Below are positions 29,615 to 38,072 of a stretch of DNA of 64,000 bases, piece by piece (positions within the stretch are counted from its first letter, which is position 1; each line of letters starts with the position of its first letter). Source of the stretch: Anaerolineae bacterium (GTDB lineage Bacteria > Chloroflexota > Anaerolineae > Anaerolineales > UBA4823). Under the pieces are notes generated by a model. That model did not search any database, was not told the DNA's origin, and saw nothing but the letters and a program-made list of their open reading frames with translations. The translations under genes were made by a program, and so were the position numbers. The stretch lies in contig QEXX01000059.1 in the NCBI GenBank assembly GCA_003130835.1, positions 219-64,218 of the forward strand. Direction: 5' to 3'.

Positions 29615-30641
29615 AACGCTTGCGAGCTGCGATACCCATTTGGGCTAAAAGCAGGCGATCATGATGTAATTGCTGCAGATGATTGGCTAAAGCAATGAGA
29701 TCACCCGGCGCAATTAGAAAGCCTTCGATGCCCTGCGTGATTAATTCTCTTGCCCCACCCTGTGTGGAACCGATCACCGCCAATCCATAGCGCATTCCAT
29801 CTAAGTAGGCAATCCCGAATCCCTCATAGGAAGACGGCAAAACGAGGACATGCGCTTGCTCCAATAATCCTTGCAACCGTTTTTCATCCACTGCGCCCCA
29901 AAACCGCACCCGCTCGCTCAGAGAATATTCCATGACCTTGCGACGCAATAGACGGGCATACTGCGGCTGACGACTCTCATCCCCAACAATATCAAGGTAA
30001 AATGGCACATCCCTTAGGTGACTCAGGGCAGCTAGCAGCCAATGCACGCCCTTGCGGGGAATTAAGTTGCCTAGGAAGAGCAGTCTAAATTCACCGTTGC
30101 GCTTAGCCCGCTGTTCAATTTCAATTTCCCCCACTCCTCCCGAAAGATGATCTTTGCCTGGGTAGGCTATCACCGTAGGAGGAGGGCTACCCATTTGCGG
30201 TGGTAAGAGAGCAAGCACAGAACTTAGCGTACTCTTACTATTGCAGATCAACCCTTCGAGACTTTTCAGAAAGGTACGCTCAACCAAACGATAAAACCCG
30301 TTGAATCCACTGCCCTCAGCTTCGTTCCAACGCAAGTGATGGACAATGCTGGTGATGCGAAATGTCTTTCGACGCAATAACCAGCCATTCATCACCGCCA
30401 AAGAAGGATGGTTTAATTCATCTTCAATCAGAATATCCACCGTTAATCCCCGCAGGGCGCGGTACAAGACAAGGGAAAGATTATCCCCTAGATGACGGAA
30501 ATAATTGCGCCAGGGAAGGGAGAAGATCTGCACCTTGTCCCCTTGCTCTTGCAGATACTCGACCATCTTGCGATCGTAAAGATAACCACCCGTCTGTTGG
30601 TCAAGCTCGCCGTAGATAACCAACCCTAGGCGCATAATCAA
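29538..30641 (-). CDS. GT4-family (GT-B) glycosyltransferase
   Basis: 367 aa. PSSYEGFGIAYLDGMRYGLAVIGSTQGGARELI is the EX7E-type GT4 C-terminal signature. Confidence 0.85.
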   Translation of the reverse strand: MIMRLGLVIYGELDQQTGGYLYDRKMVEYLQEQGDKVQIFSLPWRNYFRHLGDNLSLVLYRALRGLTVDILIEDELNHPSLAVMNGWLLRRKTFRITSIVHHLRWNEAEGSGFNGFYRLVERTFLKSLEGLICNSKSTLSSVLALLPPQMGSPPPTVIAYPGKDHLSGGVGEIEIEQRAKRNGEFRLLFLGNLIPRKGVHWLLAALSHLRDVPFYLDIVGDESRQPQYARLLRRKVMEYSLSERVRFWGAVDEKRLQGLLEQAHVLVLPSSYEGFGIAYLDGMRYGLAVIGSTQGGARELITQGIEGFLIAPGDLIALANHLQQLHHDRLLLAQMGIAARKRFEAHPTWAESAAKVRSFLLSLLDRD

Positions 30642-30643
30642 GC

Positions 30644-31021
30644 TTAAACCTCAAGGGTATAAGAAGCCCAAGCGATCTGGTTTTCCCACAATTTGACGGT
30701 AATGTATTTTAGGGTAGGAGTTTGCAAGCGCACACACAGCGTTTCACATAAGTAACGGCAAAAGCGTTCTAGGCTAGGATTTAGCCCGCGAAAGGGGGGT
30801 AAATCGTTCAAGGTGCGGTCGCGAACTTGTGCCACTTGTTCATCGAGAGCTTGCTCGACCGCCACAATGTCCACCAAATAGCCATGCTGATCAAGTTCTT
30901 CCCCTTGTAAAATCACTTCGAGACGGTAGTGATGGGAATGAAGCTGGTTTTCAGCACCCCAGTCACCACCAATCAGGTAATGCTGGGCAATGAAATCCCG
31001 CTCAACACCAAGCTGAAACAT
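30644..31021 (-). CDS. 6-pyruvoyl-tetrahydropterin synthase / QueD-like protein (atypical)
   Basis: 125 aa. FIAQHYL...LHSHHYRLEVIL...GYLVDIVAV matches the PTPS/QueD H...HxH zinc-ligand pattern. I do not see the catalytic Cys that normally precedes HGH in QueD. Confidence 0.75.
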   Translation of the reverse strand: MFQLGVERDFIAQHYLIGGDWGAENQLHSHHYRLEVILQGEELDQHGYLVDIVAVEQALDEQVAQVRDRTLNDLPPFRGLNPSLERFCRYLCETLCVRLQTPTLKYITVKLWENQIAWASYTLEV

Positions 31022-31210
31022 AAAAAACCTCCTTTGAGATGAGACAGAATGCGCGGTTTGTTAAGAATGATAACACAAGAAGTTTGCCGTCTCTTTGGCG
31101 TTTTTTTGCCGCTGTTGATTAAGAGTGTTTGATTTTGGGCATGCAGAGTCCGCTAATGGCTGAATTCAGCCTAGAAGACAATCAGCACCAAGTTTTCCGG
31201 GCAATTCATT

Positions 31211-32065
31211 TCATTCATTCTCCTTCGAACGCCAGATGCGATAGGCAGAAATCAACAAAATGAACCCCAAAAACACTTGCAAGAAGACACTAGGCGCATA
31301 CGGTAAGAGCTGACTTCCTAAATACGCCCCTAAGATTGAACCCAAAGCCATCCACATCACTAAGCCTAGATTTTGCCGCACCTGAGCGAAGACGGACTGG
31401 CGTGAATAACGCCATAAACCCATCAGGATGGTCGGGAGGCTGATTAGCAAGCTTAGACTGCCCGCCAACTTGATTTCAACCCCGAAGAACAGCGCTAAGG
31501 TGGGGATCAATAGTTCCCCACCAGCAACACCGAGCAAACTGCTGACCAACCCAATGCCAAACCCAGCCAAGAGACCCAAAAGGATGCGAAGGACGGGAAA
31601 CAAGCTCAACGGCTGCTGGGCAAACAACCACTCATGGGCGATAAGTAATCCGCCAAGAAAAACCAGCAACAGGGCGATCAACCCCCTAAGCCGTCGTGCC
31701 TTGGCTCGGGCGGCTAAGCGAGCGCCTGCGACCGACCCCAACAGTGAGCCCCCCAACAGATTGAACACAATGGGCAAATAGGCAACCCAGAAGGCGCTGC
31801 CCTGTAAGGACAGCCGGAAAAGAATAGAAAACGCCACTGTCACCAAACTAATCAGTAGATTGACAACCACGCTAAGCAAAATAGACAGGTGAAATAATCC
31901 AAGCAAAAGAGGCAAACGAAACTCTGCCCCTCCCAGACCGATCAATCCTCCTAAAATGCCCACCACTGTCCCAGACCCAAAAGCGAGCAAAGCATGGTTG
32001 CTGGCAAGGCTTAGCGCAGGGCTTCGAGGGTTAGGCTTCCCTTGCGGTACATTCGAGCGTTGCAT
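31211..32065 (-). CDS. TauE/SafE-family anion exporter-like membrane protein
   Basis: I start at the internal Met (MQRSNVPQGK..., complement of 32063-32065). Two halves carry the G-rich motifs GILGGLIGLGGAEFRLPLL and SLLGVAGGELLIPTL, typical of TauE/SafE. Confidence 0.8.
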   Translation of the reverse strand: MQRSNVPQGKPNPRSPALSLASNHALLAFGSGTVVGILGGLIGLGGAEFRLPLLLGLFHLSILLSVVVNLLISLVTVAFSILFRLSLQGSAFWVAYLPIVFNLLGGSLLGSVAGARLAARAKARRLRGLIALLLVFLGGLLIAHEWLFAQQPLSLFPVLRILLGLLAGFGIGLVSSLLGVAGGELLIPTLALFFGVEIKLAGSLSLLISLPTILMGLWRYSRQSVFAQVRQNLGLVMWMALGSILGAYLGSQLLPYAPSVFLQVFLGFILLISAYRIWRSKENE

Positions 32066-32190
32066 GTTTCCGCAGTATAGCATAAACTTAGCTTTGTTTT
32101 GAATGGTGCTAGAGCAATCCCCCCGAGAGGCAGTGTATAATCCTTTTAGCGGACAGCAGATGGTCTCCCTACGCTCCTTCGAGTGCGCAG

Positions 32191-33735
32191 ATGATCCTAA
32201 AGAAACTCGGCAAGCAGATAATTCAAGTCCCCAAAGATTGGCTATCGCAGAGTTTTCTCTTGGCAATCGCGTTGCTTTTTTGCTTACCGGCACTGAGGTC
32301 GCCGTTTTGGGGCAGTGGGGATGCGTGGTCAAACTTACTCCCCATTGTTCATTACCGCCATTCGATTCTTGAAGAGACGACCGTGCCGTACTATACGGAA
32401 TTATGGTACGGCGGTCGTTATCAATGGCAAAATCCCTTATGGAATTTCTTGTACTTGCCAGCCACCCTGCTTTGGTTGATTTTTCCACTTGATCTTGGCA
32501 CACGCTTGGTCTATCTTGGACATTTGTGGTTCACAGTTTGGGCGGCGTATCGGCTAGCTGGGATTTTTTTACCAAAGGAGATCGACCGGGTAGCCACCGC
32601 AATTTTGCTAACAGCTCCGGTACTCTCAGCTTACTTGCCTGCCCATACCGAGAAGATTCTCTCATGGGGTTGGGTGCTCCTAGCACTGTATTTCTTTTTT
32701 CACCCCCATCTGCCCGCGTTGCGCAAGGGGCTTTGGAGTGGATTGTGCGTTGGCATGATCCCCCTAACCGGTTCAAATTATTATGCCTTCTATATGCTTT
32801 TGTTGATGGGTGGGTTATTAATTGCCTGCGGAGACCGCAAAACCTGGTGGGGCTTCCTGCTCACCGCTTCGATCGGTTTATTGCACTTGCCCAGTGTTTG
32901 GTACCTAATTGGACAACCGCGTGGAAATCCGAATGAACCGATCGCCAGCTTGAGCATCTCCATGGGGGGCATTTTGTTCTCCTTAGCGTTTGGGGTTTCT
33001 TTTCCGATGACCTGGGAAAGCTGGTCGCCGATCGGGCTAGCCAGCTTATACCTTTGCGCTAAATTCTTCGTTAATCACCTTCGTGACCGCCAGCAGCCAA
33101 GCAAAGCAGAAACCGCTCTGTTAGGCAGTGGATTGATCTTCATCCTGCTCGCAACGGGGGTTCTCTATCGAGGGCATTCGCTATTGAACACTTTTCGCCT
33201 GCCGATGCGCGCGCTACCGTTCATTGCACTGACTGTGCTCTTACTCTTACTCATCCAAATTGCCAGAAGACATCCGTGCGGATATACTTTCTTTCTTGTC
33301 GTTGCCGCTCTGCAAGTTGGCTTGACGAGTTTCCTCATCCGTCCGAGCGGCAGCCCTTACAGCCCGTATGATCCGCAAGCACAAGCTTTTGCCGACTTGC
33401 TCAAACAGCATGGCGCTCACCAAGTGTGGCTGCCTTCGGACAATGCCCGGGAGATGTTCCTACATGTCACCTTGAACCGCAATGGAATCGGCTTACCCAA
33501 TGTCTATTATGGCGATATGGGACAAGAAGCAGCCATTTACGGCAACCATTGCGGTTATGGATTTGATCATTTGGTGACCCGAATGCCTATCCGTACGCCT
33601 ACCTATTTATTAAAACCTGACCTGTTTTGGACAACGACCACTGGAATGATCTCTCGGCAGAACTTGCGCTTGGTTGCTGTCACCTCATTATATGGACAAT
33701 CGCTTTATCTCTATCGGGTGACTTGCGCCCGATAA
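32191..33735 (+). CDS. Polytopic membrane protein, GT-C-like / 'PTPS-related' membrane-protein-like
   Basis: 514 aa with at least 10 predicted TM helices. The N-terminal loop GDAWSNLLPIVHYRHSILEETTVPYYTELWYGGRYQWQNPLWNFLYLP resembles the D..H..R...W..G...Y.PL loop of ArnT/YfhO/PF10131-type proteins. The family assignment is from memory only. Confidence 0.5.
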   Translation: MILKKLGKQIIQVPKDWLSQSFLLAIALLFCLPALRSPFWGSGDAWSNLLPIVHYRHSILEETTVPYYTELWYGGRYQWQNPLWNFLYLPATLLWLIFPLDLGTRLVYLGHLWFTVWAAYRLAGIFLPKEIDRVATAILLTAPVLSAYLPAHTEKILSWGWVLLALYFFFHPHLPALRKGLWSGLCVGMIPLTGSNYYAFYMLLLMGGLLIACGDRKTWWGFLLTASIGLLHLPSVWYLIGQPRGNPNEPIASLSISMGGILFSLAFGVSFPMTWESWSPIGLASLYLCAKFFVNHLRDRQQPSKAETALLGSGLIFILLATGVLYRGHSLLNTFRLPMRALPFIALTVLLLLLIQIARRHPCGYTFFLVVAALQVGLTSFLIRPSGSPYSPYDPQAQAFADLLKQHGAHQVWLPSDNAREMFLHVTLNRNGIGLPNVYYGDMGQEAAIYGNHCGYGFDHLVTRMPIRTPTYLLKPDLFWTTTTGMISRQNLRLVAVTSLYGQSLYLYRVTCAR

Positions 33736-33833
33736 TGCGCCGCAATATTGCCGATGAGAGCATAGGGCACAGTGATCAAATCTACCCAACCAACGATCGT
33801 TTTGTGATAATTTTAACAAAGAAGAAAAATTAT

Positions 33834-33849
33834 TGTGATTAATATCACA
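33834..33849. promoter_or_regulatory. Perfect CRP/FNR-family-type palindrome TGTGA-N6-TCACA
   Basis: The sequence TGTGATTAATATCACA at 33834-33849 lies in an AT-rich gene-free stretch. A half-site, TGTGA, sits at 33803-33807. Confidence 0.35.
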
Positions 33850-33904
33850 GATATTTCATGACAGAAAGCTATCGCAAAAATAAATAAAGTATTGTATGCT
33901 TAGA

Positions 33905-34093
33905 TTGGATATGGGATTCAGGAAACTCTCCTGATGCTCATCGCTGTTTCCTCCTTTGGCGAACGCCTCCGCCGGGTAAACTCCTCACCGCCCCGGCGGA
34001 GGCCGATTTTAAGAGCAAGTTGGTCGTTTCACCAGCCAGAAGCGACACCGATCTACAAAAACGGGCTGCCCGATCCGGTACAGCCCGTTTTTG
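33905..34093 (+). ncRNA. Candidate small RNA (orphan transcript with C/U-rich anti-SD-like motifs and two terminator-like hairpins)
   Basis: There is no credible ORF. A 12-bp perfect GC stem pairs GCCTCCGCCGGG (33965-33976) with CCCGGCGGAGGC (33992-34003). CUCC/CCUCC motifs occur at about 33926, 33948 and 33982. A terminal hairpin with a T-run lies at 34061-34093. The 5' end is a guess. Confidence 0.25.
34056..34093. terminator. Bidirectional rho-independent terminator
   Basis: The sequence is AAAAA-ACGGGCTG-(12-nt loop)-CAGCCCGT-TTTTT. It lies 25 nt downstream of the minus-strand stop at 34118 and also closes the plus-strand orphan transcript. Confidence 0.75.
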
Positions 34094-34117
34094 TAACGCT
34101 CAAGGTAAGCGATTATC

Positions 34118-35719
34118 CTATCCCTTGCGGGCGTAATTCGGGATCAAAATAGGGGAACGCACAGCCCCATTAACCCCGATTTCATCCAACGCACGGTTCC
34201 AGCTTTCCAAGTGTGCCAAGGTCGGTTTACCGGGTTGGCGTTCTTTGGCTAACTGGGCAGCGGTGACGCCGGCGCGGCGTCCAAAGACGCACACATCCAG
34301 CAAACTGTTGCCCATCAAGCGGTTTCGCCCATGCACGCCGCCGCTGGTCTCTCCGGCTACCAACAAGCCGGGCACACTGGTGCGGCAGTCGGCATCGATC
34401 TTCACCCCTCCGTTTTGATAATGCAAGGTAGGATAAACCAAGATCGGTTGGTGTACCATGTCAATATTGAAGCGTCTGAATTGACGCACCATGGCTGGCA
34501 AAGCCTTTTCAATGGTGCCCGCACCATGAATGAGATCAATCATCGGCGTATCCAGCCACACGGCTGGTTGACCGCTGGGCGTGATCACGCCTAAATTGCG
34601 CTCTTTGCATTCGCGAATGAAAGCGGCTGCTTCGACATCGCGTGGTTCCAGGGGATAAACAAACTGCTCACCCTTGACATTAACCGGCTGAGCGCCCAAG
34701 CCGCGCACTTTTTCAGTGACCAATTGACCTAAAATCTGTTCGGGATAGGCTGCTCCGGTTGGATGGTATTGCATGGTATCCAAAAAAGCCAGTTCTGCGC
34801 CAGCGCGGTAAGCCAATACAATCCCGTCGCCGGTAGCGCCGTAATGGTTAGTGGTTGGAAAACCCTGGTAATGCAAGCGTCCACTACCACCAGTTGCCAA
34901 GACAACCACCTTAGCTCGAGCATAGAAATAGCGTTCGGTCTCAAAGTTCATCAAAATCGCCCCACAAACCGCCCCTTTGTCATCAAGCACCAATTCCACG
35001 GCTGGGCAGAATTCAATGACCTCGATATTCGGTCGGTTGCGCACCTCATCGCGCAAGACACGCATAATCTCTGCCCCGGTATAGTCCCGGGCCGAGTGCA
35101 TGCGTTTGATGCTCGTGCCACCGCCGTGTTCCTCCATCATCACCCCATCGGGGGTTTTATCGAACATGACTCCCAAGCTTTCCAGCCAAGCGATCACAAT
35201 CGGCGCATCCTTAACCAGCGCTTCCACCAGGTCGGGAAAGTTGGTGAAGTGTCCGCCACCAATTACATCCAAGTAGTGCGTAGCGGGTGAATCTTCGGGC
35301 CGGTCGGCAGCTTGGATACCACCCTGTGCCATCATCGTATTTGCATCCCCGAAGCGCAGCTTGGTAACCAAAGTTACCTTTGCACCGTTTTCCTGAGCTA
35401 GGAGAGCAGCACTCGCCCCGGCTCCACCGCCACCGACGACTAAAACATCGGTTTCAAAATCAGGATTGCTCAAATCGAAATGAGCATCAACGTGCGGTCG
35501 GCCTTCGACAACATCTGCCAATTCAATCGGCATGCGCTTGCCTTTATAGCTACCAATGCGCACTTCGCGCATCCCCGATTCGATGTAATCCGGATGAAAT
35601 TTCTTAAGCAGCTCTTGGCGTTCTTCTAAGGGCATCGCCGGAAAAGTTTGACCTAAACGTTGAGGGCGCGTGGCTTCAACAATCTTGAGCTGTTCGAGCA
35701 ATTCGGCTGTGTAAGTCAT
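34118..35719 (-). CDS. FAD flavoprotein of the SdhA/FrdA/NadB/AprA superfamily with an N-terminal extension of about 90 aa; substrate unknown
   Basis: 533 aa. The motifs are DVLVVGGGGAGASAALLA, MQYHPTG, TEKVRGLGA (in place of RGEGG) and RLMGNSLLD. Confidence 0.8.
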   Translation of the reverse strand: MTYTAELLEQLKIVEATRPQRLGQTFPAMPLEERQELLKKFHPDYIESGMREVRIGSYKGKRMPIELADVVEGRPHVDAHFDLSNPDFETDVLVVGGGGAGASAALLAQENGAKVTLVTKLRFGDANTMMAQGGIQAADRPEDSPATHYLDVIGGGHFTNFPDLVEALVKDAPIVIAWLESLGVMFDKTPDGVMMEEHGGGTSIKRMHSARDYTGAEIMRVLRDEVRNRPNIEVIEFCPAVELVLDDKGAVCGAILMNFETERYFYARAKVVVLATGGSGRLHYQGFPTTNHYGATGDGIVLAYRAGAELAFLDTMQYHPTGAAYPEQILGQLVTEKVRGLGAQPVNVKGEQFVYPLEPRDVEAAAFIRECKERNLGVITPSGQPAVWLDTPMIDLIHGAGTIEKALPAMVRQFRRFNIDMVHQPILVYPTLHYQNGGVKIDADCRTSVPGLLVAGETSGGVHGRNRLMGNSLLDVCVFGRRAGVTAAQLAKERQPGKPTLAHLESWNRALDEIGVNGAVRSPILIPNYARKG

Positions 35720-35728
35720 GCCAACCTC

Positions 35729-36418
35729 CTAAGCCTCGATCGGACGAGCTTTATAGCGTTCTTTCAACGCGTTCACATCCAGAGATTTCAATTCGGCGAG
35801 GCTCTGGTCAAATACACCTTCCTGAATCTCCTGGACGCGCTGGTGAAGATGCTCAGAGCGCGGGGATAGATAGCGACCATACAAACGCCGCGCTAAGATG
35901 GCAATGTTGTATTGAGGTTCTTCTGCAGGACAGCGCGCTGCGCACAGACCGCACATGATACAGTCAAAAGACAGATTGGCAACACTGGCAATATCGCCGC
36001 GCATCGCCGCTGCCATGTATCCCTTGACATTTAATTCCTGCGGACAAGCTTTGGTGCAGGTGCCGCAACCCAAACAGCGCAAAATTTCCGGGTAGATTTG
36101 GAAAAGTGTCGAAGCCTGCGCCTGGAGTTGAGCAATGTCATACGTAGCCCGCTTTGCCGGGAAGAAAGGAATCTGCCCAAGATACATCTCCGGTTTAACG
36201 ACCGTCTGGCAAGCCAAGCCGAAATATAGCTTAGGATCGTCTTTGATCCGATAAACGGTTGAACACGCTCCGCAGAAGCCGCCGCGGCAGCCAACGCCGC
36301 GGATCAGGGTGTATCCGGCGTATTCCATTGCCTTCATAATGGTCAAACTAGAAGGCACATCGTAGCGTTTGCCCATAATGTAAATCGGAATCAGATCATT
36401 TCGTTCAGCCATACGCAC
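35729..36418 (-). CDS. Iron-sulfur subunit (2Fe-2S-like N-terminus plus 2x[4Fe-4S] ferredoxin), FrdB/SdhB-like partner of the flavoprotein
   Basis: 229 aa. The cysteine motifs are GVGCRGGFCGACS, CLGCGTCTKACP and CIMCGLCAARCP. Confidence 0.7.
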   Translation of the reverse strand: MRMAERNDLIPIYIMGKRYDVPSSLTIMKAMEYAGYTLIRGVGCRGGFCGACSTVYRIKDDPKLYFGLACQTVVKPEMYLGQIPFFPAKRATYDIAQLQAQASTLFQIYPEILRCLGCGTCTKACPQELNVKGYMAAAMRGDIASVANLSFDCIMCGLCAARCPAEEPQYNIAILARRLYGRYLSPRSEHLHQRVQEIQEGVFDQSLAELKSLDVNALKERYKARPIEA

Positions 36419-36444
36419 TCCTTAAGAATAATTCATCGATCAAG

Positions 36445-37551
36445 TTACTCTCCAACTTCCGTCCATTCATCCGCTTTGAAGGTGACGAGCGGCAAAGGCT
36501 CTTGGACATTGCGTCCGGGTAGATAATCAAAGGTTTGTTGCAAGCGCTGCGCAACGGCACGGAAGACCAGCCCAACCGGCAGTTCTGACGGACAGGCGTC
36601 GGTGCACATGCCACAGCCTACACAGGAAAGCGCCATGTGATTTTGACGGGTGAGGTGAAACAGCATGGTATCGGGAGGCATGCGTTGAGCGCCCTTTTGA
36701 CGCGCCCATTCCAAATATTTCATTGGCTCGTGGTCAAAGACGTGGCTTTTGAAAACACACGTCTTGCAATAACAAATCGGGCAGACGGTCATACAGTTGT
36801 GACAACGAATGCAAGCTGCAAACACGCCAGCGATCCCTTCATCGCCCTCGAGACGCAAACGAATTTCGGCAAAAGCCTGGTCGCGAGCTTGGGTGCGGGC
36901 AGCCAGATAGGCTTCAACTTCGGCCGAGCGTCCATTTGTTGCCGTGCCTTGCCAGCCCAGTTTTTCCGCGATCTCGTCTTGTGCTTCAATCCAAACGCAT
37001 TGTTCTAAATCGCTTTCCAGCAGCCGAATCCGAATGGGGGCATTTTCATAAATCGGTTGTTCGCAAATTTGGCAAGCTGGACGCAGGTCTGGGTTTACAA
37101 AACCGGGTTGTTGACGCACCGCAGTATAAAGCTCAGCCCACAACGGCGCCTCGCTTTGAGCCTGCTTGCGCAAATAAGCCGTAGGGGTATACGTGCCGGC
37201 GCAATCAATGGCAACGATCACCAAATCGTCTAGGCTAGCTTGCGCCATTTTGGTCAGTTCAATCAATGCCCGCGCCTCACAAGAACGCAAAACAGCCGCT
37301 ACGCGCGGGCGCGGCTCACGTAAGCTGACCTTGCCTGCCCAAGTGGCAGCGTTGACCGGCAATACAGGCGCCAGAGGATCGGCATGATCAAGCAAGACTG
37401 CATCGCTCACCAAGGCTGGCGTCACCGAACCACTGGGGGTGCGCATGGGGGTCAGGACGACATCCACAATTTGTTTCTCCAACAAGCTCTTTAAGACACC
37501 TTGCAGGACAGCCAGTGGTTGATGATTTTCGACGGGCAAAGAGATCTTCAT
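36445..37551 (-). CDS. 4Fe-4S dicluster protein, AsrA/FlxB-C/sulfhydrogenase-beta-like electron-transfer subunit
   Basis: 368 aa. It contains CIRCHNCMTVCPICYCKTCVF...HLTRQNHMALSCVGCGMCTDACP. Its N-terminal half resembles FrhB/AsrA-type domains (VLRSCEARALIEL). Confidence 0.6.
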   Translation of the reverse strand: MKISLPVENHQPLAVLQGVLKSLLEKQIVDVVLTPMRTPSGSVTPALVSDAVLLDHADPLAPVLPVNAATWAGKVSLREPRPRVAAVLRSCEARALIELTKMAQASLDDLVIVAIDCAGTYTPTAYLRKQAQSEAPLWAELYTAVRQQPGFVNPDLRPACQICEQPIYENAPIRIRLLESDLEQCVWIEAQDEIAEKLGWQGTATNGRSAEVEAYLAARTQARDQAFAEIRLRLEGDEGIAGVFAACIRCHNCMTVCPICYCKTCVFKSHVFDHEPMKYLEWARQKGAQRMPPDTMLFHLTRQNHMALSCVGCGMCTDACPSELPVGLVFRAVAQRLQQTFDYLPGRNVQEPLPLVTFKADEWTEVGE

Positions 37552-37599
37552 AGTTCCTTCTCTATCTCCATTCGTCCAGATGTTCTACCAACATAGACA

Positions 37600-38031
37600 T
37601 TAAACCGCCCATTGCGTTTTCATGGGGTTAGGCCCTTTGGCACGCATGGCTTCGGTCATCTCGCGCACCGTCTCGGCAAAGCGCGCCCCTTCGCTGGCGC
37701 TGATCCAACGTAACCAGACACGCTCCTCGTCGAAACCCGCGCTTTTCAAAATTTCCTTGAGAGCGATCACCCTGCGGCGTGCTTTGTAATTGCCTTCCTG
37801 ATAATGACAATCGCCGGGATGACACCCACCGATCAAGATTCCATCTGCGCCAGCTAAATCCGCTTTTAACACATACATCGGATCAACGGCCCCGCTGCAC
37901 ATCAAGCGGATAATGCGCACATTGGGCGGATATTGCAAACGGCTTGTGCCGGCTAAATCGGCGCCGGTGTAGGTACACCAATTGCACAGAAAAGCAATGA
38001 TTTTTGGTTCAAATTCGGTCGCTTCTGTCAT
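37600..38031 (-). CDS. mvhD: MvhD-like (methyl-viologen-reducing hydrogenase delta subunit / FlxD-like) 2Fe-2S protein
   Basis: I start at MTEATEFEPKIIAFLCNWC, with AAGGAG 7 nt upstream. The motifs are CNWCTYTGADLAG, IRLMCSG and GGCHPGDCHY. Confidence 0.85.
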   Translation of the reverse strand: MTEATEFEPKIIAFLCNWCTYTGADLAGTSRLQYPPNVRIIRLMCSGAVDPMYVLKADLAGADGILIGGCHPGDCHYQEGNYKARRRVIALKEILKSAGFDEERVWLRWISASEGARFAETVREMTEAMRAKGPNPMKTQWAV

Positions 38032-38072
38032 CCGTAAACTCCTTGCTTTCACTCCAAATTGCGCATGCACAA

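Noticed and set aside
32066-32503. 5' extension of the TauE ORF (track call 31211-32503, 430 aa)
   Set aside because: The extra 146 residues have no TM segment or family signal and run across the divergent start of the 32191 gene. The membrane-protein homology begins at Met147 (32065).
33934-34152. 72-aa ORF across the orphan locus
   Set aside because: It reads straight through a 12-bp GC hairpin and the bidirectional terminator, then into the 3' end of the convergent flavoprotein gene. Its Arg/Pro-rich translation looks non-coding. The region was reinterpreted as a candidate sRNA or terminators.
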